A stretch of 64,000 nt of DNA, from assembly GCA_052043535.1 (NCBI GenBank), contig JBQEQW010000012.1:21560-85559 (forward strand), given 5' to 3'. The notes beneath the pieces are model-generated. The model worked only from the letters and a program-made list of their open reading frames with translations. It made no database searches and was not told the DNA's origin. The position numbers were made by a program, and so were the translations under genes. This DNA comes from Anaplasma sp. (lineage in GTDB: Bacteria > Pseudomonadota > Alphaproteobacteria > Rickettsiales > Anaplasmataceae). Positions 8,843-18,667 of the stretch are shown here, in pieces (position 1 is the first letter of the stretch; each line of letters begins with the position of its first letter).

Positions 8843-10351
8843 ATGCAACTACTAGGCAGGCTGATAGCTGCGCTCATATTGTGCACCATCGCGGTGTGTC
8901 TGGTGGTGCCTAATTTTGTAGACTCCCGTTTCCTTATATCGAAAAAGAAAGCGAATTTGGGTCTTGATCTACAAGGCGGGGTTTACTTGCTGCTGGAAGT
9001 TGATTTTGAGACACACCTTAAGGAGAGACTGTATAACCTAGGTGACGAGCTGCAGGGTTTTCTGGATAGGGAGAAGATTCCTTATAGCAGGTCATACGTA
9101 CGTAAAGATGCTGTAGTGCTTTCACTCGTAGATCAGGGTGACTTGGCGCGTCTGAGACCCTTTATCCGCAGCAGTTTGACTATGTCCAGTTCCCCTGCCG
9201 GTCTACTGATTTCCTTCAAAGAAAACTATAACAAAGCACTCCTGAAGGAAATAGTCTCCGATTCCATTAGCAACATACAGCGACGGCTGGACAAGTCGGG
9301 CACCAAGGAGATTACGATAAAAAGTCAGGGGGAGGACAAAATTTCACTGCAGGTACCTGGCGTGCATAACACCAGAAGCATCAAGTCGCTCATAGGGAAA
9401 ACTGCGAAACTCACTTTCCATCTGCTTGAGAATGTAAAAAGCCTAGCCGACATCGATCCAGTGGTAACACATCTCCTGGGCGACGCGGCGGGGAATATGT
9501 ATCCGGTGCTGAAAAAAGTGGAGATCAGTGGCGATTCTCTTGTGGACGCAAGTGCCCGGCTAAACAACTTGGGCAAGGCAGTTGTTCACTTTAAGTTTAA
9601 TAGCGCAGCAACGAAGAAGTTTGCTGACATCACCAGGAAAAACTCGGGCAAGCCTTTCGCTGCGGTACTTGATAATGTCGTGCTAACCGCACCCACAATA
9701 CGGGAGCCTATACTGGGTGGCAGCGGAGAAATAAGCGGCAGGTTCAGTCTTGAAGAAGCCAAAGAGCTGGCCATATTGTTGAAATCAGGGGCACTTCCAG
9801 CACCATTGCGCGTAATAGAAGAAAGAGTGATAGGTCCAAGCCTGGGTGCCGATTCCATATCCAGGGGCAGAATAGCCGTGATCGCGTCTGTTTTGGCGGT
9901 ATCCGCGTTCGTCGTCGCATTCTACGGAGTGCTAGGAATCTTCGCAGTTATAGGACTAATTTTCAACATAGTGTTTGTGCTCCTCGTGATGACGTTAATA
10001 GGGGCCACATTGACTCTCTCCGGCATTGCTGGTATGACACTTACTGTAGGTATGTCCATAGATGCGAACGTACTGATCTTTGAGCGCATCCGGGAGGAAA
10101 TACGCGCAGGAAGGAGGGTGAGACTAGCTGTGGACCGGGGTTTTAAGAATGCTATGGCTACAATATTTGACTCTAATATAACTACGCTGATAGTTGCTGT
10201 CATAATGTTTATTGTGGGCAGTGCGTCGGTGAGTGGCTTCGCCGTGACGTTGGGGGTGGGCATAGTGTGTTCCATGCTATCCGCGGTAGTTCTTACTAAG
10301 GTGCTGGTTGACGTGTGGGTGCACGCGGCAAAGAGCCCGCGTATCTTCTGA
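8843..10351 (+). CDS. secD: protein translocase subunit SecD
   Basis: N-terminal TM segment, the LGLDLQGG motif, a large periplasmic domain and a C-terminal 5-TM bundle. Confidence 0.9.
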   Translation: MQLLGRLIAALILCTIAVCLVVPNFVDSRFLISKKKANLGLDLQGGVYLLLEVDFETHLKERLYNLGDELQGFLDREKIPYSRSYVRKDAVVLSLVDQGDLARLRPFIRSSLTMSSSPAGLLISFKENYNKALLKEIVSDSISNIQRRLDKSGTKEITIKSQGEDKISLQVPGVHNTRSIKSLIGKTAKLTFHLLENVKSLADIDPVVTHLLGDAAGNMYPVLKKVEISGDSLVDASARLNNLGKAVVHFKFNSAATKKFADITRKNSGKPFAAVLDNVVLTAPTIREPILGGSGEISGRFSLEEAKELAILLKSGALPAPLRVIEERVIGPSLGADSISRGRIAVIASVLAVSAFVVAFYGVLGIFAVIGLIFNIVFVLLVMTLIGATLTLSGIAGMTLTVGMSIDANVLIFERIREEIRAGRRVRLAVDRGFKNAMATIFDSNITTLIVAVIMFIVGSASVSGFAVTLGVGIVCSMLSAVVLTKVLVDVWVHAAKSPRIF

Positions 10352-10396
10352 CAGCCTTCGTGGTAGCAAATAATGCATGCAACGTGTGAGTACGCT

Positions 10397-10543
10397 ATGA
10401 GTGACAAAACGAAGAATAGCAGGACTGTGCACTGTGACGGGAACGACGCGGAAGGTTTGTATTCCGGCCATCCCAGGGTGTACGTCAAGATCGTCGAAGG
10501 CAAGAACCCAGTGTGTCCGTATTGCGGCAGGGTGCTCAATTAA
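10397..10543 (+). CDS. zinc-finger (zf-CHCC type) domain protein, 48 aa
   Basis: Absent from the ORF track because it is under 60 aa. ATG..TAA translates to MSDKTKNSRTVHCDGNDAEGLYSGHPRVYVKIVEGKNPVCPYCGRVLN. The C-x..HP(R/K)VY..CPYCG pattern is that of the NDUFS6-like zinc finger common in alphaproteobacteria. Confidence 0.6.
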   Translation: MSDKTKNSRTVHCDGNDAEGLYSGHPRVYVKIVEGKNPVCPYCGRVLN

Positions 10544-10792
10544 CTCTTCGGGCTAGCTGTTTTCTGAACCGGCCGCTGCAGGGGAAAACGTGATAGCACG
10601 CCAGGGCAGCTTGGCCACGTGCTATCCCACCAACCTGCTCTGGAGTTTTGCCCTGCGTCGGACTGCTGTGCACGACCGCCATTAGCACATTAATACGGCA
10701 AGGATAGAGCGAGCAGCGCGTGCCGATCCTCCCTGTAGTCACCGCGAGGGCATATGGTAAAAGTTAAAAATATTTGCCAAATTTTGTAATGT

Positions 10793-12670
10793 ATGACACA
10801 CTGTGGGATGATGCGTGGCGTCTGCCCCCCGTCCTGGGTGAGCATGTGCGCCGTGCCCAAGATTTTTTGCAACGTGCAATACACCAAGAGGGTGAATGTG
10901 CTGCGCGAGCGCGAGGCGGCATACTCTGCGGAAGAGCTGAGCAGGAGGTTTGCGCTTTTCTTGCCGCCTAAAGGGCTTATACGGCGCGGGAATGTGATAC
11001 GCGGCGTCGCTCCCGTGTCTGAGATGCTGTCAAAAATGCAAATGGCGGGTCCCGCCGCTAGTTACGGGTCGGAGGTACCGGCTCTGGATTGGGACGGAGA
11101 GCTGCTCAGTAGAGTGTTTTTTCTGTTCGACACAAAGCCTCAAGACGTCAGGGTAGCCCTGAAATCGCTGTTATCAGTTGGATTGGTGCCTAGGGTAGTG
11201 TGTAGCGAGCCGGAAGGCCTGCTACTGACTAAATACTGGGGAGTAGATCCGATGTCCATTGTCTTCCTAAGGCGGTCTCCTGTCTTTGTTTCGCGGGACT
11301 CGGTCGTTCTTATATACAGTGCCGAGGCATCTCATATGAACTTTGAGGTCTTAAGGTCCTATCTGTCCACGCCATATGCAACAAAAAACATGTGCGGCAT
11401 TCTGTCGCGTCTGACAACCGGAGCGCGCTTACCTGAAGAGGGCCACAACGAAACTGGGGCACAAGCAGCAGACGGCAGGTTTCTGATTGCGAGGTACGAC
11501 CCATCTCTGAAGCCACTCAAACAAAAAATTATAGACTCCGTGTTTTACATGGAGAAGTGGGAGCTGCTTTCGGAGCAGGAAAAGACGATTCGGTGCGTTA
11601 GTAGCGTGTTACTCACGTTAGTGCTCCCCATCATGCCTCTGGCATTCTGGGCTACAAGTCGCGGCAGAAACAATAGTGCAAGTTACGACTTGGGAGTACT
11701 GCGTTGGCAGGCATCCCTGTACAAAAAAAGGTACTTGCAACGCTTTTCTCCTAGTAGCATGATGTTTGGTAATGATGAGGCTCTGAAGCAAGACTTCATC
11801 CGCATCGCCAAAAGTGTTGGATCCATCCCAGAGCTTAAGTACTCTGATGCGGGCGGGGAGTTCACGTCAGGGGCACAAAAAGAAAGCTTAGAACACAAGG
11901 TGCTTCTCCTGAGTGGGTCAAATCACAAGACCAAAAAGCTCGTTGTCTGTATGGCCGTTTTGATACCAATTTTCTCCGCAAGTTTTGCGCATATCCTCCT
12001 GCCTGCAAGTGAGGGTGCTTTGGCGGCGTCGATTATGTACAGTTTTATGCTGGTGGTGTGCGTCCGCCTTGCAGTTCTGGCATACCGGCACAAGTATAAA
12101 AAGGGTGTGATGGCCCTGACATGCTTAGCGCTGCTGATGGTACCATTGCTTGCAGTAGCTGCAGTTGGCTACCACTCGGGCGTGGTATCTCCTGCACTTC
12201 GTGGGATAGACTCATGTCTGGCCGTGATTGCAGTTATTGCAACCGTGCTCTACACTCTAGCCATTGGGATAGCGCATTTGGTGCATTCCCGTAACAAAAA
12301 GATAGCGGATGGATTGGGAATAGGTATCACTGCATATTTGAATATGAAACCCGCGCTCATCTCGGAATTGAAAGCGCATGGCCGTCGTACAGCAGACGCC
12401 GAAGTGTTGCTGCAGGTATTGTCAAACAGCGGACAGGCAGGTGATGGGGGGCAGGCGGGAGTAGTGCCTATTGTGGCGGCGGCAGGCACTACTCCCGGGC
12501 CGTCAGGTTCTTCGGATCACACACCACAGCAGGAAGGTCTATCGCCTTTCGAAGGAAACGGCGCAGACCAGGAAGAAGGAGCTCCGCTGTTGGGCGGCAA
12601 TGGACATCAGCTCATCTATGAACGAGTGCGAGGCCAACAGGCAGCTGGAGCACAGCTGAGTCAAGGCTAA
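10793..12670 (+). CDS. hypothetical multi-pass membrane protein with G/Q/P-rich C-terminal tail
   Basis: 625-aa ORF with a soluble N-terminal ~260 aa and at least 5 hydrophobic helices, including two closely paired (bilobed) hydrophobic blocks. The last ~110 aa are hydrophilic. No family recognised. Confidence 0.6.
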   Translation: MTHCGMMRGVCPPSWVSMCAVPKIFCNVQYTKRVNVLREREAAYSAEELSRRFALFLPPKGLIRRGNVIRGVAPVSEMLSKMQMAGPAASYGSEVPALDWDGELLSRVFFLFDTKPQDVRVALKSLLSVGLVPRVVCSEPEGLLLTKYWGVDPMSIVFLRRSPVFVSRDSVVLIYSAEASHMNFEVLRSYLSTPYATKNMCGILSRLTTGARLPEEGHNETGAQAADGRFLIARYDPSLKPLKQKIIDSVFYMEKWELLSEQEKTIRCVSSVLLTLVLPIMPLAFWATSRGRNNSASYDLGVLRWQASLYKKRYLQRFSPSSMMFGNDEALKQDFIRIAKSVGSIPELKYSDAGGEFTSGAQKESLEHKVLLLSGSNHKTKKLVVCMAVLIPIFSASFAHILLPASEGALAASIMYSFMLVVCVRLAVLAYRHKYKKGVMALTCLALLMVPLLAVAAVGYHSGVVSPALRGIDSCLAVIAVIATVLYTLAIGIAHLVHSRNKKIADGLGIGITAYLNMKPALISELKAHGRRTADAEVLLQVLSNSGQAGDGGQAGVVPIVAAAGTTPGPSGSSDHTPQQEGLSPFEGNGADQEEGAPLLGGNGHQLIYERVRGQQAAGAQLSQG

Positions 12671-12696
12671 GAAAACGGGAGGCTGCAGTGCAGGTC

Positions 12697-14112
12697 CTAG
12701 AACCCTACCCTGATCCCCACCCCAACTCCCAGGGTGCTAAGCCCCATGGAGGTCTTAAGCTGCCCCTTTGTTTTGCCAGGAGGTGCCGTCCTGTCGCCAC
12801 GGGTAGTTGTGCCGTCGAGCATATGTAGCACAGGCATCGTCAAACGCGGCGTTCTTTCCCACCCCGCCGTACCTCCGTAAGACACACTAACGAGCCCGGT
12901 CACGTTCCTATAGAAGCGATAGCTCAACCCGCCCTTGATTCCGTAATTCAGCTTGTTGACGCTGTTCCCCGACCAGTTCATGAGCGCCCCTCCAATTCCA
13001 CCGCACACAAACGGGTACATGCCCCATTGGTGGAACCACCACCGATGGAAGTCGTAGCACACATTCACCATCGCGACCGTCTTTTTGATCGCGGGAGCCA
13101 TCACTATGACCGCACCGCCTTCTAGAATAACGGCTACCGCACGTGACAACATGACCTTGCCTTGCTCTTCCATGTCGCGCAGATCCCGGATGGCAGCATC
13201 CTCGTGGGGTGGGGTGGCAGCAGCCCGTATCAGGCGCTGCGCGGTATCCCTCAAGGGTGTTGCCACTGGTGTTCCCAGTAGCCCCCCCAACACCGAGCCA
13301 AAAATTCCAACTGCTACTCCAGCAGTAGCCATGCCCAAGCCCACAGCAGATGTCCCAAGCCTTACCACCACTTGTTCTACCGCGGACGCCTTGGCAAGTG
13401 AGGCCGCATGTCTCTTTTCCCTAATCAGCACCTCAAGCTTGTGAGCCACCTCAGCGGCTATCCCCGGGGGTGTGTAACGCACAGCGCGTTCTTCTTGCTG
13501 CCCATGCACACCACGCGCCACATGTTCTCTCAAGTACCTACGGAGCTGATCCAGCGTTTCAATTTCTGACAACGCACCGTCGCTCCGCAGTGCGCTCTCG
13601 AGGTAGACAGGATCTCGCACCATTGCCGCGGTATCCCCAACTAGCGCAAAGTACTTGCTACCACCAGCCGCGACCTTCCCATCCTCGTCTCTCCCCAGAG
13701 TGTAGTGCCGCTCGTGCGTGAGCTCAACCTCTACCCGCACACCATTTCGGACGTGATGCCCCAGGGTGGCTTGCAAGCCAGTGAAACCATAATTCTTCCA
13801 TTGCACGCCGGGGGTGTCCTGAATCTTAAACCAGTCGAAGCTCCCAGACACGATCTCCTTCCTGTTGCAGCCTGCGTAGGGTACCACCCCCCTGACTTCT
13901 CCCCCGTAGTCGTCAAGCTTAAATTTACCGACATGACCTACGGTCGGACCCAAGGTAAGGCTTGCATAGAAGTGCGGTATGCGAGGAGCGGCAGAACTCT
14001 GAACAGTCGTCGAGAGCAAACACAGTGCCCCCACAACAACTACGCCGTACATTACCCTGGCCACATACACCCCACATGCACAACACACCGCAAGTGCCCG
14101 TCTAGAGGACAC
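12697..14112 (-). CDS. Msp2/OMP1-superfamily outer membrane protein
   Basis: Signal-like segment MYGVVVVGALCLLSTTVQSSAA (alternative start at 14052), the NVCYDF...PFVCGGIGG motif and the terminal strand LGVGVGIRVGF. Confidence 0.8.
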   Translation of the reverse strand: MSSRRALAVCCACGVYVARVMYGVVVVGALCLLSTTVQSSAAPRIPHFYASLTLGPTVGHVGKFKLDDYGGEVRGVVPYAGCNRKEIVSGSFDWFKIQDTPGVQWKNYGFTGLQATLGHHVRNGVRVEVELTHERHYTLGRDEDGKVAAGGSKYFALVGDTAAMVRDPVYLESALRSDGALSEIETLDQLRRYLREHVARGVHGQQEERAVRYTPPGIAAEVAHKLEVLIREKRHAASLAKASAVEQVVVRLGTSAVGLGMATAGVAVGIFGSVLGGLLGTPVATPLRDTAQRLIRAAATPPHEDAAIRDLRDMEEQGKVMLSRAVAVILEGGAVIVMAPAIKKTVAMVNVCYDFHRWWFHQWGMYPFVCGGIGGALMNWSGNSVNKLNYGIKGGLSYRFYRNVTGLVSVSYGGTAGWERTPRLTMPVLHMLDGTTTRGDRTAPPGKTKGQLKTSMGLSTLGVGVGIRVGF

Positions 14113-14319
14113 ATCTGGGCGAGCCTAGCACACAAAGATGAAAAAATTCCTAAGAACCTCATCGCAAAATGGACACAAAATTGCACATTTAACGTTGTTT
14201 TTCCGCCAAAATCGCAACTTAGGAACCACGCGCAAGCGGCGCAGCTCTGCCACTCACGTCCAGGGTGTGAGTGGCACCACGTTACAATCGCCAGCAGATA
14301 TTGTAGCAAAAACCCGAAA

Positions 14320-15825
14320 TCATGAAGTCTTTAGCGCAACGTCGCCAAGCCCGTACTCCTGCCACCTAGACACCACCTTGTGTACAATGTCTTCGCTCAT
14401 CTCTATGGGTCGACCCCAAAGTCTGGTGGTCTCAGGGTACATTTTGTTCGTGGCATCAAATCCGACCTTGCTGCCCAGCCCTTCTTCCGGGGACGCAAAG
14501 TCAAGGTAGTCAATCGGAGATCGCTCAATAAACATCGTGTCCCTCGCGGGATCCATTCTGGTAGACATCGCCCACACTATGTCCTTCCAGTCCCTCACAC
14601 ATATGTCGTCGTCCACCACGATGACAAACTTTACATACAAAAACTGCCTTAAATATGACATGATCCCCATTATGATTTTCCGCGCGTGTCCGGGGTATGC
14701 CTTCTTTATGGAAACTACCGCCACCCTGTAAGAACACCCTTCCGGGGGGAGCCAAAAATCCACAATCTCGGGACACTGCGACATCAACATAGGAATTAGC
14801 AATTCCGTAAGAACTTCCCCTAACACCGAACATTCATCAGGAGGCCTCCCGGTGAACGTACTCATGTATATAGGGGAAGAGCGCATAGTCATGGCCTGAA
14901 TGGTGAATTTGGGAAATTTTTCCACGCTGTTGTAGTACCCTGTGTGGTCAGCATATGGCCCTTCTTCCAGCAATTCCTCCGCACTTACCAGCCCTTCCAA
15001 TACTATCTCCGCATTGGCAGGAACCTTCAGAGGCACCGTTATACATTCTACCAATTCGGTGGGTTTCTTGCGCAAAATACCCGCAAATTGATATTCGGAC
15101 ATGGTGTCGGGAACTGGGGTGACCGCGGCAATTAGCGTTGCGGGGTCGGATCCGATAACAACGGCTGCAGGGAAATCCCCCCTCCCCTCTCTGACCCACC
15201 GAAAATACTGTTGTGCCCCGCCTCTGTGTCTGAGCCATCTCATGATAGTGGAATTCCGATTCAGAACCTGCATGCGATATACTCCGAGATTGAAGTTATC
15301 CTCGCGGGACGCGGAAGGGCCACGGGTCACAACCACAGGCCAGGTGATAAGCGGTGCCGGTTCTCCGGGCCAACAAGTTTGGACGGGTAGGCTGCTCAAA
15401 TCAACATCATCGCCTGTCATCACTATTTCCTGACAGGGAGCCTTACGCACAACCTTGGTACGCGCGGCAGCCGTGCTGCGTAGAGCAGGTATCATGCTGA
15501 GTAGGTCCCGAAAAGACTCGGGAGGAGTCGGTGACCTTAGGAAGGCCAGCAGCCTCCCAATTTCCCTCAGGCCGGCAGGCCCCACACCCAACGCAAGCGA
15601 CACCCGCTCTACAGTGCCGAAGAGATTGGCCAGCAGCGGCATATTGCAGGCGCCATGCTCAGTCACCACATTTTCAAAAAGAACGGCAGGCCCTCGTGCC
15701 TCTACAAGCCTCCTGTGGATTTCTGTGGTCTCCAAAACCGAAGACACCTCCGCACACACCCGGACGACCTCCCCCCTGTTCTCTAGGAAGTCCAAGAACG
15801 CCCGCAGATCGGCAAAAGACGACAT
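14320..15825 (-). CDS. ubiD: UbiD-family decarboxylase (4-hydroxy-3-polyprenylbenzoate decarboxylase)
   Basis: Collinear with E. coli UbiD throughout, e.g. DLRAFLDFLE, PLITWPVVVTRGP, EGPYADHTGYY and PIDYLDFASP. Confidence 0.9.
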   Translation of the reverse strand: MSSFADLRAFLDFLENRGEVVRVCAEVSSVLETTEIHRRLVEARGPAVLFENVVTEHGACNMPLLANLFGTVERVSLALGVGPAGLREIGRLLAFLRSPTPPESFRDLLSMIPALRSTAAARTKVVRKAPCQEIVMTGDDVDLSSLPVQTCWPGEPAPLITWPVVVTRGPSASREDNFNLGVYRMQVLNRNSTIMRWLRHRGGAQQYFRWVREGRGDFPAAVVIGSDPATLIAAVTPVPDTMSEYQFAGILRKKPTELVECITVPLKVPANAEIVLEGLVSAEELLEEGPYADHTGYYNSVEKFPKFTIQAMTMRSSPIYMSTFTGRPPDECSVLGEVLTELLIPMLMSQCPEIVDFWLPPEGCSYRVAVVSIKKAYPGHARKIIMGIMSYLRQFLYVKFVIVVDDDICVRDWKDIVWAMSTRMDPARDTMFIERSPIDYLDFASPEEGLGSKVGFDATNKMYPETTRLWGRPIEMSEDIVHKVVSRWQEYGLGDVALKTS

Positions 15826-15979
15826 AGTTCACAACGACCAGAAGAGAGCGCAGGATATCACAAAGAAACCAAAAAGCAAACTTCTAAGGACTCGCGGCAC
15901 CGCACCCACATCAAACGCCGCTGCGGTGGACCGGCAGGCAGGGACGCGGGCAACTGCCGCCGCGCAGCCCCAACAACCC

Positions 15980-17191
15980 CTACAGCGAGAACCGTATGCC
16001 GACCTCTGCCCCAAAATACGCAACATTTAGATCCAACAGCAGATCTACAGGCATGATACTATCACTGGTGTCCCCAGCCTTAGCAGGAATAACGGTACTA
16101 ATCACCTCAAAGTTGCTCCACGGCAGAACCACCTCCTTGCTGCCACGCAGCCTGCGATAGAAAACGCCCGCAAACCCATCCATCCCGCCCCGCAGCTTGT
16201 AGGTCACGCCAGCCTTCGCTTGATAGGCAACACGCCGAGTGCTGGTGCCAAACATCCCTAGCCTCTCAAATCCAAACCCCGCACAAGCATAAGGCGAAAT
16301 GTTGTCCCCCGTACTGAGCTTGAAATCGCGACACAGGCTCGCAACTACCGAACAGAGACGAATTCCGTCGTCCTTCACTACAACCGCAGCCTCATCTTCA
16401 GGCGGTGCCGCCGCTGGATCTGTCGCAGTGGAACCACCCCCGCCTACGTGCGCAAGCGGCTTACCCGGGTCGCCGGCGAGCTTCATGTGCACCACGGAGT
16501 ACCCGTGCTCCGCCTCTTCCTCTTTTCTGTAGCGCGTCAGCTCGTGGGAGCCACGTTCAACATCGAACCTCTGCCCAGACATCTCCAGCTCAACCCTAAC
16601 GTTGCCCACGGGATACCCCAGGGCCAGGCCAAACCCAGACAAGTTGCAGCGATAGTCGTTTGCACTCGCCAGTACCCTGGAGCCATGTCGTTCAAAATCC
16701 AATCCTCGCACCGAACCCACACCCGCCAAGCACAAGCACGTAGGCGGGCCAGAAACGGCCATCTGCCTACACTCGGTTATACACGCAGGCGGCTGTGGAT
16801 ATTTGCACCTACTGTCGCTGCCATTGCTCCCACTCTCGGCCGTACCTCCAGCGCAGCCATTACTATCACCATTACTTTTCTTCTTGAACCTGCCCTCATC
16901 GTAAAGGACCCTCACCCCAGACTTCACCTCGCTCAGGGGTAGGGCATGGACCGCAGTTCCAAAGGGCCCCCTTACCTTCAAGTCGCTGAAGAGTGGGGAA
17001 GCAGGCCTGTAGATGGCGTCTACGTACAACCCGCGCAGGCTGTCTACCACGCTATCCAGGACACCGGCATCAGCGGACGACGAATGAACCAAGGACAGAC
17101 CGATAAAAGAGACAGCAAGATACCTTAAGAAGTTCATCTGAATCCCCAACACTAAAGCACAGCACAACAGGCCCGTCGCTACAGCGAGCAC
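15980..17191 (-). CDS. Msp2/OMP1-superfamily outer membrane protein
   Basis: Signal peptide, the SLCRDF...SPYACAGFG motif and the terminal strand YFGAEVGIRFSL. Confidence 0.8.
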   Translation of the reverse strand: MLAVATGLLCCALVLGIQMNFLRYLAVSFIGLSLVHSSSADAGVLDSVVDSLRGLYVDAIYRPASPLFSDLKVRGPFGTAVHALPLSEVKSGVRVLYDEGRFKKKSNGDSNGCAGGTAESGSNGSDSRCKYPQPPACITECRQMAVSGPPTCLCLAGVGSVRGLDFERHGSRVLASANDYRCNLSGFGLALGYPVGNVRVELEMSGQRFDVERGSHELTRYRKEEEAEHGYSVVHMKLAGDPGKPLAHVGGGGSTATDPAAAPPEDEAAVVVKDDGIRLCSVVASLCRDFKLSTGDNISPYACAGFGFERLGMFGTSTRRVAYQAKAGVTYKLRGGMDGFAGVFYRRLRGSKEVVLPWSNFEVISTVIPAKAGDTSDSIMPVDLLLDLNVAYFGAEVGIRFSL

Positions 17192-17322
17192 ACCTAACGA
17201 GCAAGTATTTACCCCCGTATCATGCGCGCGTCAAGTGCATTAGTAGAGAATCTTACAGTCGGAACACTGTGCAATTCCGTTATTTGGTCTCCGCTCAGCT
17301 TAGGCACCAGGCGGAGATCCTT

Positions 17323-18195
17323 CTAGAACGCGTGTCGGATGCCCAGTTCCCCACCGAGATATGTAAGCCTCATATCAGCCTTGGCTGCCGAGGGCTTGGG
17401 CACCCTATTAAACTGCTCGGGGATGGTAAGCGCTATGGGGTCAAAGTGACGGTTGAAGATACCGTCGTAGTGTCCCCCAAAAAACAACACTGTGTCTGGC
17501 GTCAGCTTGATGCCAACACCCATTTTACCCTGGTATCCGTAGGAGACCTTCCTAGTGTCAAGCAGATCCAACAAGTTGCCGTTGGCCCCCAAACACACGT
17601 ACGGAACTGCCGGCCCAATGTCCTTCATGTCATAGCAAACACTGAAAGTTACAGAAGAAATACCTACTTTCTTGTTTTTCACAACCACATAGTTGTCTGG
17701 TAGTATGACCATATCCCTCACCAGCGCGATATTGGATGCATTCTCCTTATTTGCCATCCCAATATTACCCCTTACTTGAAACTCGCTGTGCGCCCTTACA
17801 AGCTCTAGTCTCACAGGGCCGATGCTGTAGCCTATACCAGCGGAGAATCCAAGATAATCGCTGTTGTAGAAGGGCTGTCGGTAGTCTGCAAAAGATAGAT
17901 AGTTGCCTGTATCGGCAATAACACCCTCTTTCATGCTCATCTTGGTGACTGTCTTCACATTCGGCATGAAAGACGCCTGCTCGTTCACGTCCAAAGCACC
18001 AAAGTTGGGAAAGCTATTTTTGTAAGCCCCGCTGAAATACACACGCCCTTTTTGTGTCGGTTGCTTCGGCAAAGTGCTATCATCAGACAGAGCCTGCAGA
18101 GGAAAACATAAGACCCCAAAAGCCACAATCAATATCCGTACTCTGGTAGCCTTGTCATGCATGGCCACCCGCCTAATAGATTCCATAACTGTCAC
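17323..18195 (-). CDS. Msp2/OMP1-superfamily outer membrane protein (small, MSP4-sized)
   Basis: 290 aa. Signal-like ILIVAFGVLCFPLQALS, the SVCYDM...VPYVCLGANG motif and the terminal strand YLGGELGIRHAF. Confidence 0.8.
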   Translation of the reverse strand: MTVMESIRRVAMHDKATRVRILIVAFGVLCFPLQALSDDSTLPKQPTQKGRVYFSGAYKNSFPNFGALDVNEQASFMPNVKTVTKMSMKEGVIADTGNYLSFADYRQPFYNSDYLGFSAGIGYSIGPVRLELVRAHSEFQVRGNIGMANKENASNIALVRDMVILPDNYVVVKNKKVGISSVTFSVCYDMKDIGPAVPYVCLGANGNLLDLLDTRKVSYGYQGKMGVGIKLTPDTVLFFGGHYDGIFNRHFDPIALTIPEQFNRVPKPSAAKADMRLTYLGGELGIRHAF

Positions 18196-18658
18196 CCATC
18201 AAAAATTAGAAAGCGCTGCACACATGCCAAACTCAGAGCATGACACATGCCGTGACGCTGAGGGACAGCCTTTTAAGGAAAAAGTCTTAACCAACAACTA
18301 CATGGGCAAGTAGCAATGCGCAAGCGTGGTCTATAGCAGGGATTTTCCGACAGCACACCCACGTCATGGGGCAGATTAGCAGGATCAAAACTGTCGATCT
18401 CAAAGGGCTGAAGTCGCGGAATATGTATCGTTTGCCGCGATTTCATCGGAGTATTACAAACGCGGAGATCGTGGCCCATCGCTCAAACGGATCATTCGGC
18501 GCTACGGAATCTGGAACCACCCGGATCTACCTTTGGCATATGATCTAATGGCAATCGTGCCTCATTTTACGCAAACCTACCATACCCCCGCGGTAGACAG
18601 AAGCCGTCATGCCCCCTCGCAGTGCAATACAGAACCACAAGTATGGCCGCCAAGGACA

Positions 18659-18667
18659 CCCCCCCCC
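18659..18667 (+). repeat. C9 homopolymer tract in a non-coding region
   Basis: Direct reading of ggacaCCCCCCCCCacttt. Confidence 0.85.

Noticed and set aside
10592-10626. 9-bp-stem inverted repeat gatagcacg ... cgtgctatc downstream of the zinc-finger ORF, considered as a terminator.
   Set aside because: The 17-nt loop and the absence of a following T-run make it a poor intrinsic terminator. Its function is not inferable.
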